The translations under genes were made by a program, and so were the position numbers. The notes under the pieces were generated by a model. The model was not told the DNA's origin, made no database searches, and saw nothing but the letters and a program-made list of their open reading frames with translations. From positions 29,112 through 93,111 of the forward strand of contig CAVSRJ010000004.1 in the NCBI GenBank assembly GCA_963730375.1: a DNA stretch of 64,000 nucleotides, in the 5' to 3' direction. Shown here piece after piece: positions 45,866 through 55,045 of the stretch; positions within the stretch are counted from its first letter, which is position 1, and every line of letters begins with the position of its first letter. The stretch is from an uncultured Candidatus Saccharibacteria bacterium. Its GTDB lineage: Bacteria; Patescibacteriota; Saccharimonadia; Saccharimonadales; UBA4665.

Positions 45866-48235
45866 CTATGATTTGGCTGGTATGTCAGCAACATCCAATG
45901 TGATTTTGTCACCAGGTTTGGCCTCTTGGCGGAGGATTTTTTGAGCGACAGTATCCTCGACAGCGCGCTGCAGAGCGCGGCGCATTGGGCGGGCACCCAG
46001 ACGTGGGTCGTTGCCGACTGAGACGATTTTGTCGATAGCAGCGTCAGTTAATTCGACACTGATTTGTTGCTGCTGCAGTGTCTTGTTGACGCCGCCTAGC
46101 ATGAGCCTGACAACCTGGGTCAGCTCTTCTGGCTTCAGTGGACGGAACAGCACAATTTCGTCAAAACGGTTGAGCAGCTCAGGTTTGAACTGGCCGCTGT
46201 TGATAAGCTGGTCGGTAAATTGCTGCTCAAATGCTTCCAGTTCTTCACCGGCTTCAATATGTTTGCGAATTTCATCTGCGCCTGCGTTGCTGGTACATAT
46301 GACGATGGCATCTTTGAACGACGCTGCTCGACCCGTACTGTCAGTCAGTTGTCCCTCGTCCAGCATCTGCAACAGCAAGTTCAAAATGTTTGGGTGAGCC
46401 TTTTCAATCTCGTCTAGCAGTACGACGCTGAATGGTTTTTCGCGGACCTTTAGGATGAGACTGCTTGTCTCATTTTGTCCGCCACTGAGCAGTCGCGATA
46501 CATCGCTTTCCTGTTGGTATTCACTCATGTCTAGTCGAATCATATTTGTCTCGTCGCTGAAATATGTTGCCGCTATTGCTTTACATAATTCGGTCTTTCC
46601 AACGCCGGTCGGGCCCAGGAACAAGAAACTGCCGATAGGTCGGTTGGGACTAGAGACGCCGGCACGTGAGCGGCGCAGTGCGTTGGCAACCACGGTGACA
46701 GCGCGGCTTTGGTTGATCATGCGTTGATGGATGGCGTCCTCCAGATTCAGGAGCTGGTCGGCCTCGACCGGCGCGGCGGTGCTCGCTTTTACCCCCGTAG
46801 TTTGCTCAATGGCGGCCTGGATGGAGGCCGCCGATACGACACTCTGATTGGCGTGGGTGAGCGCTTGTTCGAGCAGCCGAATGGCTTTGCCCGGATACGC
46901 GCTGTCTTGATCGTAACGGCCACTGAGCCTGAAGGCTTCTTTCAGGGCGTCGTAGGTTATGAGGACTTTGTGCCTGACCTCAAACTGTGTGGCTGCATCC
47001 TCGACGGCTTGCATGATACTGGTCTGATCAGGCTCATTTATGACGACAGGCGTAAGCAGACCGGCGAATGTGGGATTGTCCGATTTGAGTTTCTGATAGT
47101 CACGCGGATTCATGGCAAATACACACTGCACAGAGCGAGATTGTAAGACGGGCAGTAAGATTTGGGTAACGTTAACGGCACCTGGTCCGGTTGTGAAAAA
47201 TAGCTGCGCGTCATCGAAAAACAGAATAATATTGCCAGCATGTGACGCTTCACTCATCAGCACATTAACCAAGTGTTCTAAATCTCCGGGTCGTTGTGCG
47301 GCCGAAATTATGGGGCTAGGGCTGAGTCCAATCAGTTGACGGTGCTCAATGCGCCGATCTTTGCTTTCCGCCAACAGACTCTGCGCCAATGCATAAATGT
47401 GTTTAGTCTTACCAACGCCGCTTTCACCAACCAGCGCGATACCTGACGCGCCTTGGCTAAAGGCACTCTTGATACCGGTAACGCCCGGGCTATCGAGTAG
47501 CGAACCGTAGTGCGCGCCATGCTGCTGTATGCTCATGCTGATGTTATGGCCAAACCGATTCAGTTGCGGCGTAAAACCGGTCGCCCAGTCACGTCCTATA
47601 CCGCCGAAGTGCGTTTTGTCCTGGCGCATGGTGGCGAGATCGCGACCAAGCCAGCCATTGACCGCTAGGACGTCCGCCTCGGTGATTTTTAGCTGAGTGA
47701 GTGCCTGCATTACTCCCGCGTTCGTCAGAATCAATGCGCCTGCAATATGGCCGGGTTCGATAGCTTTGCACTGCGCATCGTTAGCTAGCTGTGCTGCCTT
47801 GTCCCAGACGAACAGTAAATCACTGGGATTTTCGCTCAGTCCCTGCTCTATGCTGGAGGCAGGCACCATCAAATGGTTGCTGAAAAACAAGAGCTGCCAA
47901 TGCTTGGCAAGCTGTTGCCACACCAGCTTAGGATTTTGGTCGCGGCCGGGTTTGAGACGTTGTAATACGTCACGGTGCAGACGCTCGTTGAGTTCACTGC
48001 CAATAGGATCGAGGATGGACAGGTCCAGTTTCCACCAGGTGGCTATCATCCACAAAAACGCTGCCGGTGCGAATAACGCGTAGGCGAACTGCTCATGATC
48101 GAGGGTGAGGACAATGGCGAGGGCAACGAATGCGACGGCGGCAGCGCCGCATAGTAGTGCGCCCGTCTTGCCAATGCGCTTGCCCAGCCGCGCCTTTTTG
48201 GCACGGACGGAGTGCAGATCGAGTTCGGCTGCCAT
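45866..48235 (-). CDS. membrane-anchored Clp/Hsp100-family double AAA+ ATPase
   Basis: NBD1 has LVGESGVGKT plus ILFFDDAQLF. NBD2 has FLGPTGVGKTEL plus VVLLDEIEKAH plus ARPMRRALQ. Two N-terminal hydrophobic helices (ALLCGAAAVAFVALAIVLTL, ALFAPAAFLWMIATWW) precede Clp_N-like repeats. Start placed at MAAELDL (48235), which overlaps the upstream stop as TAATG. Confidence 0.85.
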   Translation of the reverse strand: MAAELDLHSVRAKKARLGKRIGKTGALLCGAAAVAFVALAIVLTLDHEQFAYALFAPAAFLWMIATWWKLDLSILDPIGSELNERLHRDVLQRLKPGRDQNPKLVWQQLAKHWQLLFFSNHLMVPASSIEQGLSENPSDLLFVWDKAAQLANDAQCKAIEPGHIAGALILTNAGVMQALTQLKITEADVLAVNGWLGRDLATMRQDKTHFGGIGRDWATGFTPQLNRFGHNISMSIQQHGAHYGSLLDSPGVTGIKSAFSQGASGIALVGESGVGKTKHIYALAQSLLAESKDRRIEHRQLIGLSPSPIISAAQRPGDLEHLVNVLMSEASHAGNIILFFDDAQLFFTTGPGAVNVTQILLPVLQSRSVQCVFAMNPRDYQKLKSDNPTFAGLLTPVVINEPDQTSIMQAVEDAATQFEVRHKVLITYDALKEAFRLSGRYDQDSAYPGKAIRLLEQALTHANQSVVSAASIQAAIEQTTGVKASTAAPVEADQLLNLEDAIHQRMINQSRAVTVVANALRRSRAGVSSPNRPIGSFLFLGPTGVGKTELCKAIAATYFSDETNMIRLDMSEYQQESDVSRLLSGGQNETSSLILKVREKPFSVVLLDEIEKAHPNILNLLLQMLDEGQLTDSTGRAASFKDAIVICTSNAGADEIRKHIEAGEELEAFEQQFTDQLINSGQFKPELLNRFDEIVLFRPLKPEELTQVVRLMLGGVNKTLQQQQISVELTDAAIDKIVSVGNDPRLGARPMRRALQRAVEDTVAQKILRQEAKPGDKITLDVADIPAKS

Positions 48236-48624
48236 TACAGCATGAATCCTTTTATCAAAGAAGCAATAATCGCCAAAGGTACGAGCGGCCACAGCAATAC
48301 TTGGAGCAGTCCAACAACCAACGTGAGGATGGCGATGACGGCAACTGCTAGTAGCACACTAATCCGTACGACAAACCCAACGCAACGACTGACAAAATTA
48401 TCAACCATGGCACGCAGATGCGCGTCCAGGCCAGACCCGGGGTATGTCATGATGCGCCGCCATGGCGCAAACAATGTTCTTAGTAGTGTCGCTACAGAGA
48501 AATCCTGGCCTACTGCCAGCATGCGCTGTTCGGCACGTTTGAATACGAGTTGCCAACCCTGGCCATACCACCAGCGAAAGAGCTCGAGTATCATCATAAG
48601 CGTTATTGTAGCATTAAATACCAC
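48235..48624 (-). CDS. small membrane protein coupled to the Clp-like ATPase
   Basis: 129-aa ORF with about three hydrophobic helices. 1-nt stop/start overlap with the ATPase gene. Confidence 0.6.
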   Translation of the reverse strand: MVFNATITLMMILELFRWWYGQGWQLVFKRAEQRMLAVGQDFSVATLLRTLFAPWRRIMTYPGSGLDAHLRAMVDNFVSRCVGFVVRISVLLAVAVIAILTLVVGLLQVLLWPLVPLAIIASLIKGFML

Positions 48625-48665
48625 CTGAGTTGACTTTTGCCTGACTAGGGTATGTACTCAGACGT

Positions 48666-48941
48666 ATGATTTTTGATCATAATGAACAATTTGAACGCGA
48701 GCCAGATGCTGTTGACAGAATGATGCTGGCCGCGCCCGGCGCGGTTGCGTACTGGGGTTCTGAAACCTGGGATAGGCATCTCAGGCCAATTGCTGAGCAG
48801 GCGCTGGCAGATGCTCCTTCGGCGGAAACTGAGCTAGGATGCGTACGCTCGTCAGTGTGTGTCGAGCTAGTAGAACTCCAGCTAGCTGGCGCACATGCTG
48901 GGCGGCTTGCTGCATGGTGGGCTGCCCACGACAAGGGTTAG
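48666..48941 (+). CDS. doubtful hypothetical ORF
   Basis: 91-aa ORF with no clear SD and competing antisense ORFs (48677-48934, 48781-49056). Listed only because nothing else explains this segment. Confidence 0.2.
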   Translation: MIFDHNEQFEREPDAVDRMMLAAPGAVAYWGSETWDRHLRPIAEQALADAPSAETELGCVRSSVCVELVELQLAGAHAGRLAAWWAAHDKG

Positions 48942-48959
48942 CGGCCAGCGGCATGATTG

Positions 48960-49240
48960 GGAGAGGTATATCGTGTGGCTGCGCCACACTTACTGCAGAG
49001 AGGGATTCGAGTTCTCCGCGAGCGCAAATTGCGCTGATAATCCACCCCGCGCACAAGAGAGGTATAGCGGCCTTCGGCCTTTTCCGCTGCGATTATCTTG
49101 AGAGAGGGATATCGCGTGGCTTCGCCACACTCCTACCTGCGGTGCTCGTCGATAACGTGCGAGCACGATATCGAGCTGCGCTCCTCCTTCGCCGAACCAT
49201 TCGGCAAAGCCGAATGGGTTCGTATCCCTCGAACGCAGTC
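48960..49240. repeat. non-coding segment of short imperfect repeats, stable hairpins and tRNA T-arm fragments
   Basis: GAGAGGTATATCGTGTGGCTGCGCCACAC (48961-) and GAGAGGGATATCGCGTGGCTTCGCCACAC (49102-). GAGAGGTATAGCGGCCTTCGGCC...CCGCT (49057-). A 13-nt copy of the tRNA-Ser T-arm lies at 48998-49010. An inverted T-arm-like GGGTTCGTATCCCTC lies at 49216-49230. Confidence 0.4.
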
Positions 49241-49244
49241 AAAC

Positions 49245-49264
49245 AAAAAACCCGCATGGGCAGG
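49245..49264 (-). terminator. intrinsic terminator after tRNA-Ser
   Basis: The sense RNA CCUGC-CCAU-GCGGG followed by UUUUUUGUUU begins 10 nt after the tRNA 3' end. Confidence 0.5.
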
Positions 49265-49273
49265 CATTTTGTT

Positions 49274-49361
49274 TGGCGGAGGGAGAGGGATTCGAACCCT
49301 CGAGGGCTTGCACCCAACACGCTTTCCAAGCGTGCGCCATAGGCCACTAGGCGACCCCTCC
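49274..49361 (-). tRNA. tRNA-Ser (anticodon GGA), CCA encoded
   Basis: Hand-folded cloverleaf: acceptor GGAGGGG/TCCCTCC, D arm GCC-TAGTGGCCTAT-GGC, anticodon arm CACGC-TTGGAAA-GCGTG, 16-nt variable arm, T arm GAGGG-TTCGAAT-CCCTC, then G-CCA. 88 nt. Confidence 0.9.
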
Positions 49362-49507
49362 TCCTAACTCGTAAACAGTAGCTCAGCTCTCTGTATTACA
49401 AATTTGGCGTTTGCACATGACTGGCAACACAGCGCGATTATACCTAAAAAATTACTACAATAACACCTTGCCCTGTCGTTGCATAAAAGGCTAAACTATT
49501 AACAGAT

Positions 49508-50383
49508 ATGGCACTCATAGAACTCAAAGACGTCAGCAAACTGTACGGCTTCGGTGACGCAGCTACCATTGCGCTGGACGAAGTTAATCTCACCATTGAT
49601 AGCGGTGAATGTGTGGCGATCATGGGCCCAAGCGGTTGTGGCAAATCAACACTCCTCAATACTATTGGATTACTCGACCGTCCGACCCATGGGACATACT
49701 CATTTAATAACCGCCCAGTGTCGCATCTGCGGCCAAACCAGGCGGCCAAAATGCGCCGAGATACCATTGGATTTATTTTTCAGTCTTTTAACCTCGTGCC
49801 GAAGATGACGGCGCTGGAAAATGTTGCCCTGCCCCTGAGTTACAAAAACATGACTGCCGGACGCCGCGAACGAACTGCCAGCAACATGCTGGAGCGGGTC
49901 GGTTTGCAGCAGCGCGAGTACTTCTATCCAAGCCAGTTGAGTGGTGGCCAGGCACAGTGCGTGGCGATTGCCCGCGCCCTGGTTAATAACCCAAAGGTCA
50001 TCATCGCCGATGAACCAACCGGCAACCTCGACAGCGAAAGTTCGCGACTAGTCATGGAGCTACTCAGCGAAATTCACGGCATGGGCAACACTATCATCTT
50101 TGTGACGCATAACCCAGAGCTGACGCGCTATGCTACCCGGGTCGTGTATATGCACGACGGCGCTGTCGTTTATGACGAGCAGTCCAAACTTGGTCGAGTT
50201 GCCAATCGGGCGCGCAAGATTATGTACGATATGCCGGCTACGTCAGAAGATGACGATGTGGCTGGCGTGTCGACGCTGATGCACGCTATTCCCGATAAAC
50301 CGGCTGAGCGAAAAAAACCGAAGCCCAAAAAACACAATCGCAAGAGTAAGGGTGGCAAGAAAACAGTACGAGGTAAGCGCTGA
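49508..50383 (+). CDS. ABC transporter ATP-binding protein (MacB/LolD-type) with Lys-rich C-terminal tail
   Basis: Carries [35 protein letters not shown] and VTHN. The C-terminus is [28 protein letters not shown]. Confidence 0.9.
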   Translation: MALIELKDVSKLYGFGDAATIALDEVNLTIDSGECVAIMGPSGCGKSTLLNTIGLLDRPTHGTYSFNNRPVSHLRPNQAAKMRRDTIGFIFQSFNLVPKMTALENVALPLSYKNMTAGRRERTASNMLERVGLQQREYFYPSQLSGGQAQCVAIARALVNNPKVIIADEPTGNLDSESSRLVMELLSEIHGMGNTIIFVTHNPELTRYATRVVYMHDGAVVYDEQSKLGRVANRARKIMYDMPATSEDDDVAGVSTLMHAIPDKPAERKKPKPKKHNRKSKGGKKTVRGKR

Positions 50384-51656
50384 TGACACCTACAAAAAAA
50401 TCGACAACCAAATCCAAGCGCCAAATACTGCGCTCATTTACGCGTGGCGATGTGAAGATGGCCGTCTCGGCTCTGCAGCAAAGCCCCGGCGAAGTACCCT
50501 GACCATCCTCGGTATTGTGATTGCGGTAGCGGCCGTCATCATGATCGTGGCAATAGGTGATGGGGTCAAACAACAGGTACAAGGCCAGGTCGACAAGCTA
50601 GGCAAAAACCTCCTGCTGATTCGTCCCGGATCCAGTAACCAGGGTCTCGCTGGTGGACTTGGCAGTTTGACAGGTCCCACTACCACGAATAGTCTGGATG
50701 AGCGTGACTTGGCAGCTGTCGATGCCGCCAAGGGCGTGTTCGAGGCGGTTCCACTGAGCACGGTCGATGGTACGGTACGGACCGATGAAAACCGAACGAA
50801 TTTAGCTGGTCCAGTTGTCGCCACAAACAATGCGTTTGTGTCAGTGCTAAACCAACAGGTTCAATACGGCAGTTTTCTGGGCTCAGAATCCGAGAGTGAT
50901 AGTCGAGCGGTAATAGGATCCGACGTGGCGGCATCACTATTTGAAGAGAATGTGCCGCTCGGGCGCAGCTTTAGCTTCAGGGGTCACCAGTTCGTGGTAA
51001 GTGGTGTTCTGAAGCAGTTCGACAGTAACCCGCTGCTCGGTGATGCGGACTTTAATAACGCTATATTTATCAGATATGACATGGCGCAGAAACTCACCGG
51101 AGGCAATGCTGCTATTTATCAGATACTTGCACAAATCGATCCAGAGGCTGAAATGGGTGACGTCTCGGCAGCGATTTCGAGGAATTTATCAAAAGTGCAT
51201 GGCGGGTCTCACAACTTCTCAGTATTGCGTCAGGGCGAAAGCCTGGCCGCCACGAATAAGATTCTTGATACACTCACGGCATTCACCCTCGTAGCTGCTG
51301 CAATTACATTGCTGATTGGCGGTGTGGGCATAATGAATGTCATGTTGGTATCGGTGGCTGAGCGCATGCATGAAGTCGGTATTAGGAAGGCGGTCGGCGC
51401 GACCAGTCGGCAAATATTATCGCAATTTTTGACTGAGTCAATTGTGCTCAGTAGTGTCGGCGCTATCGTTGGCTTGGCGGTGGCGGCTGTGCTGGTTTAT
51501 CTTATCTCACTGTACAGTGATCTGCACTTGGTTATGCCGTGGTCGACCGCGCTCTGGATGGTGCTGATAGCTATCTTGGTCGGTACATTATTTGGATCTG
51601 TCCCTGCCCTCAAGGCAGCTCGCAAAGATCCAATCGAAGCGCTGCGTAGTCAGTAA
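50352..51656 (+). CDS. ABC transporter permease, MacB/FtsX family (N-terminus apparently frameshifted)
   Basis: MacB periplasmic domain plus a C-terminal FtsX 3-TM bundle (GIRKAVGATSRQILSQFLTES). A better N-terminus ([35 protein letters not shown]) starts at 50383 in another frame with a TGATG overlap. It joins the main frame near the C4 run at about 50490. Confidence 0.8.
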   Translation: MARKQYEVSADDTYKKIDNQIQAPNTALIYAWRCEDGRLGSAAKPRRSTLTILGIVIAVAAVIMIVAIGDGVKQQVQGQVDKLGKNLLLIRPGSSNQGLAGGLGSLTGPTTTNSLDERDLAAVDAAKGVFEAVPLSTVDGTVRTDENRTNLAGPVVATNNAFVSVLNQQVQYGSFLGSESESDSRAVIGSDVAASLFEENVPLGRSFSFRGHQFVVSGVLKQFDSNPLLGDADFNNAIFIRYDMAQKLTGGNAAIYQILAQIDPEAEMGDVSAAISRNLSKVHGGSHNFSVLRQGESLAATNKILDTLTAFTLVAAAITLLIGGVGIMNVMLVSVAERMHEVGIRKAVGATSRQILSQFLTESIVLSSVGAIVGLAVAAVLVYLISLYSDLHLVMPWSTALWMVLIAILVGTLFGSVPALKAARKDPIEALRSQ

Positions 51657-51716
51657 GCTCTGCTCAACGTATATACGGACGTATATACGTCACCCCTGGA
51701 AAAACGCGTTATGAAC

Positions 51717-53114
51717 TTATTGCCAAAACAGTGCAACTATGGCTGCTGCGCCCGAAATGGTCATGGCGCCCGTCGTAAACCAGCCGATGCTACGAGACAG
51801 TGGCCCATTGCGCCATTTTCCCATGATCTTATGGTCGCCACTCATCCGTACTATCAGAAATAGCACGATTGGTGCAACCAGGCCGTTGGCGATCGCGGCG
51901 TAGATAAGTGCCTTGATTGGGTCGATACCTATGAAATTGATGCCGAGTCCCACGAGCATCGATATAATGATGACACCGTAAAACGCGGTTGCCTGTCCGA
52001 GCTTTTGGTTGAGTCCCTCGCGCCAGCGGAAACTTTCGGCAATCGTGTAGCTGCTACTGGCGGCCAGGACGGGTATTGCCAACAGTCCGGTGCCGATAAT
52101 GCCGGCCGCAAACAGGAAGTAGGTAGCGTCGCCCGCGAAGGGGCGGAGTGCTTCGGCGGCCTGCGCTGCGGTCGTAATTTCGGTGACGCCATTTTGGTAC
52201 AAAATACCTCCACAGGCTGCGATGATAAAGAACATAACGATTTGTGACAGAAACATGCCGGTCCAGACATCGACGCGCATGCTGCGAACCTGTTCCTTTT
52301 CCAGCTTGCTGCGACGCAGGCGCAACGTCGTTTTGCCACGCAAAATTTGCTCCTCGACTTCTTGAGAAGTCTGCCAAAAGAACAGATATGGCGAAATGGT
52401 GGTTCCTAAGATTGCACAGATGATTAATATTGATTCTTTGGAGAGCGTCACGCTCGGTATATAGGCGTGCTGAAAGACGGTGTGCCAGTCGAGGTGAGCC
52501 AGGATGGCCGAGGCGATGTAACTGAGCAGCACCAACGCTAGCCATTTTAGATACTTGGCGTAGCGCGCGTACGGCGTGAAAATCTGCAGCGCCAAACTAA
52601 ACAGGCTGAAGCCAATCACCAATGCCCCAAAGCGCAACTCGGGAAAGAGCAGCTGGGCGGCTTTTGCCATGGCGCCGAGGTCGGCACCGATGTTAATAAC
52701 ATTGGCAACGAAGAGCAGTGTCGCGATGGCGTGTAAGACACGCTTGGAATAATGGATGCGAATATTGCCAGCCAGTCCCCTGCCCGTGACCAGGCCGATG
52801 CGGGCACACATTTCTTGTACCGCAGATGCGAGCGGCAACAACCAGGCTGCCATCCATAAGAATTGGTAGCCGAATTTAGCACCAGTCTGGCTGTAGGTGG
52901 CAATACCGGACGGATCGTCGTCACTAGCGCCTGTTGTCAATCCTGGACCCAAGCTATGCCAGTAGTTCTGGCCCTTCTTGACGAGTACGCTGTTGGCACT
53001 ACGGTTCGCTAACGTTGTAGTCCCTGTGACGGTTTTGTCGAGCCACACCGCGGGCGCTTCCGCACCCTTGCGGAGGTAGTAGTCGCTGTTGCGCGTCGTA
53101 GGTTTGATTGGCAT
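51717..53114 (-). CDS. NRAMP-family divalent metal transporter
   Basis: 465 aa with about 11 TM helices. GPGLTTGASDDDPSGIATYSQTGAKFGY matches the NRAMP-related (COG1914) N-terminal signature. Confidence 0.75.
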   Translation of the reverse strand: MPIKPTTRNSDYYLRKGAEAPAVWLDKTVTGTTTLANRSANSVLVKKGQNYWHSLGPGLTTGASDDDPSGIATYSQTGAKFGYQFLWMAAWLLPLASAVQEMCARIGLVTGRGLAGNIRIHYSKRVLHAIATLLFVANVINIGADLGAMAKAAQLLFPELRFGALVIGFSLFSLALQIFTPYARYAKYLKWLALVLLSYIASAILAHLDWHTVFQHAYIPSVTLSKESILIICAILGTTISPYLFFWQTSQEVEEQILRGKTTLRLRRSKLEKEQVRSMRVDVWTGMFLSQIVMFFIIAACGGILYQNGVTEITTAAQAAEALRPFAGDATYFLFAAGIIGTGLLAIPVLAASSSYTIAESFRWREGLNQKLGQATAFYGVIIISMLVGLGINFIGIDPIKALIYAAIANGLVAPIVLFLIVRMSGDHKIMGKWRNGPLSRSIGWFTTGAMTISGAAAIVALFWQ

Positions 53115-53150
53115 GGTTTTGATTTGTTTGTGTTTGATAGGTAAATGCTA

Positions 53151-53789
53151 CTAGAAGTACTGTCCGTAATAATACCAGAAATGGTTTAAAATCACCGCAA
53201 GTATGGCGATGAATATCAAGACAACAATGTCAAGGTGATGGCGTCGGCTAAATCCGACAGTGGATCGTAGCCAAGCGGGTGTGGCAAAGTGCTTGGCTTC
53301 GAACATGTACAGTGTGGTGTACCAGAACATAGTTATCACTGCGATATCCGTCAGCAGACAGTATGGACACAGGGCGTTGATGTCATAGATACTTTCTCCC
53401 AACAGCCATAGTGCAAATACAAGCCCGACAGCCTGGCCAGCATAGAGACCGAGCCAAAACCATCGTTTGAATGTCGCACCGGCCAGCATGCCGACTCCAA
53501 CGGCGGCAAGTGCGCCAAACCCAATCAAACCAAGCCAGGGATTGGGGAATCCAAAGATGTCGCCCTGGTGCGAGCTCATGACACTACCGCAACTGATTAC
53601 GGGATTGAGGTTGCAGTTCGGTACGAAGCTGGGATTTTCGACCAGTTGTAATTTGTCATACGTAAGCACGAACGATGCAAAAAGCCCCAAGGCGCTGCCG
53701 ATAGTGAGTATCCACGCTAGAGGCTTCTCGAACAATGGTTGCTTGGCGGGCTGTTTGTTGGTTGATTTCTTGGGTGCAGTTTTGGCCAT
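53151..53789 (-). CDS. vitamin K epoxide reductase (VKOR) family protein
   Basis: Loop cysteines (CNLNPVISCGSV) and the active-site CPYC in a TM helix. About five TM helices. Confidence 0.8.
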   Translation of the reverse strand: MAKTAPKKSTNKQPAKQPLFEKPLAWILTIGSALGLFASFVLTYDKLQLVENPSFVPNCNLNPVISCGSVMSSHQGDIFGFPNPWLGLIGFGALAAVGVGMLAGATFKRWFWLGLYAGQAVGLVFALWLLGESIYDINALCPYCLLTDIAVITMFWYTTLYMFEAKHFATPAWLRSTVGFSRRHHLDIVVLIFIAILAVILNHFWYYYGQYF

Positions 53790-53819
53790 ATCTAGCGTCT
53801 AGTATACCACTTCGCGGCA

Positions 53820-54989
53820 TTATTCGGCGCAACTACCGGTGTCGCGGGCGCGATTTTCGGCAGTAGCAGTATGCAGTTCCTGGATGACCTTCTTAGTGTC
53901 CAGGGCGTAACCGATGTTTTTGTATGTGGTTGATTCGGCAAAGACGACAGCAATGACCCTACCTTGCTTATCGATGACCGGGCCACCAGAGTTGCCGGGG
54001 ATGATGTCGGCCTGTAGTTCGTAGACGACACGCTCGGTCCGGCCGGTGCCATAGATGTTGCGACCTAGTGCGGTGAATTTGTTGAGAACGGCAGCGCTAT
54101 CTGCTTTGAGCGATCCACCGCCTGGATAGCCAAGGACGGCAGCTGGACTGCCGTGAGCTGGTGACGCGGTAATCATCGGAATGGCGTCACCGGCGAGGCC
54201 GGAAACTCTCAGCACTGCCAAATCCAAGTCAGGGTCAAACCATATCGGTACTGCTCGGTGGCTGCCGTTGGTGTCCTGGACGGTGATGTGGTCAATGCCA
54301 GCCACGACATGCGCATTCGTCACTACGACATCTGCGTCTACGACAAACCCACTTCCCTCAACGATACCACCGCAGCCAGGGCCCTGGATTTTGACGACTG
54401 ATTTCTCGGTCGCGGCGATGGCCGAGGTGAATTGTGTCAGTCCCGGTTGATCAACGGTCTGGCTGGGTGGCGGCTCGATGCCGGCAAATACATCGGGAAA
54501 GCCGTTTGGATCAATTAGTCTACCGATATTATCGACAAGCTCAGGAGCTGACGGCAGATGACGGTTCAGGGTGCGAATAACGGCAGAGCCCCCGATGACT
54601 CGTTGTATGCCCGGATATGGCAACGATGCAAACAAGTTAGCGCACAGCCACACCACTAGCAGCACCGATGCCACGGCCATTGCCGAGCCCAGTGCGTAAT
54701 CTATTGGATTGACGGCGTTCTGCAGCAGTTTACGCTTGACCACATAGCCAATGTATTCACCGATACTCAGCAGCAGCATGCCGGTTCCGAGTATGACAAT
54801 CAGGGTCACAATCGTTTTCGACAAGTCGGTATGTACCAAGCTGATGAGGTGCGGTTGTAGCACTATGCCCAGCCACAGCCCGCCGACAAAGCCGAGGCTC
54901 GAGAAAAATTGCCGGACAAAGCCAATCTCGAGACCGCGAAAGAATGCCGCGATACAAAAGATGATAATAAACAAATCGAGGATGTTCAT
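53820..54989 (-). CDS. CvpA-domain / trypsin-like serine protease (MarP-like)
   Basis: Start at MNILDLFIIIF. Four N-terminal TM helices (CvpA-like), then the protease triad contexts TNAHVVAG, DLDLAVLRV and GNSGGPVID. Confidence 0.8.
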   Translation of the reverse strand: MNILDLFIIIFCIAAFFRGLEIGFVRQFFSSLGFVGGLWLGIVLQPHLISLVHTDLSKTIVTLIVILGTGMLLLSIGEYIGYVVKRKLLQNAVNPIDYALGSAMAVASVLLVVWLCANLFASLPYPGIQRVIGGSAVIRTLNRHLPSAPELVDNIGRLIDPNGFPDVFAGIEPPPSQTVDQPGLTQFTSAIAATEKSVVKIQGPGCGGIVEGSGFVVDADVVVTNAHVVAGIDHITVQDTNGSHRAVPIWFDPDLDLAVLRVSGLAGDAIPMITASPAHGSPAAVLGYPGGGSLKADSAAVLNKFTALGRNIYGTGRTERVVYELQADIIPGNSGGPVIDKQGRVIAVVFAESTTYKNIGYALDTKKVIQELHTATAENRARDTGSCAE

Positions 54990-55045
54990 GTGTCTGTATC
55001 CTATTCTACAGCACGAAGGGTCTCGACAGTGGGTATACTTGGTAT

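Noticed and set aside
48960-49140. Mini CRISPR array
   Set aside because: There are only two to three imperfect repeats of unequal spacing, with internal hairpins differing between copies. No cas genes are present anywhere in the window.
48950-49240. tmRNA, SRP RNA or RNase P RNA next to tRNA-Ser
   Set aside because: I tried folding both strands. There is no GGGGCUG-type acceptor with a G.U pair and no tag ORF, so tmRNA does not fit. There is no GGAA-tetraloop/AGCA domain IV motif, so SRP RNA does not fit. There is no GAGGAAAGUCC P4 element, so RNase P does not fit. The T-arm-like piece at 49216-49230 has only a 3-bp stem.
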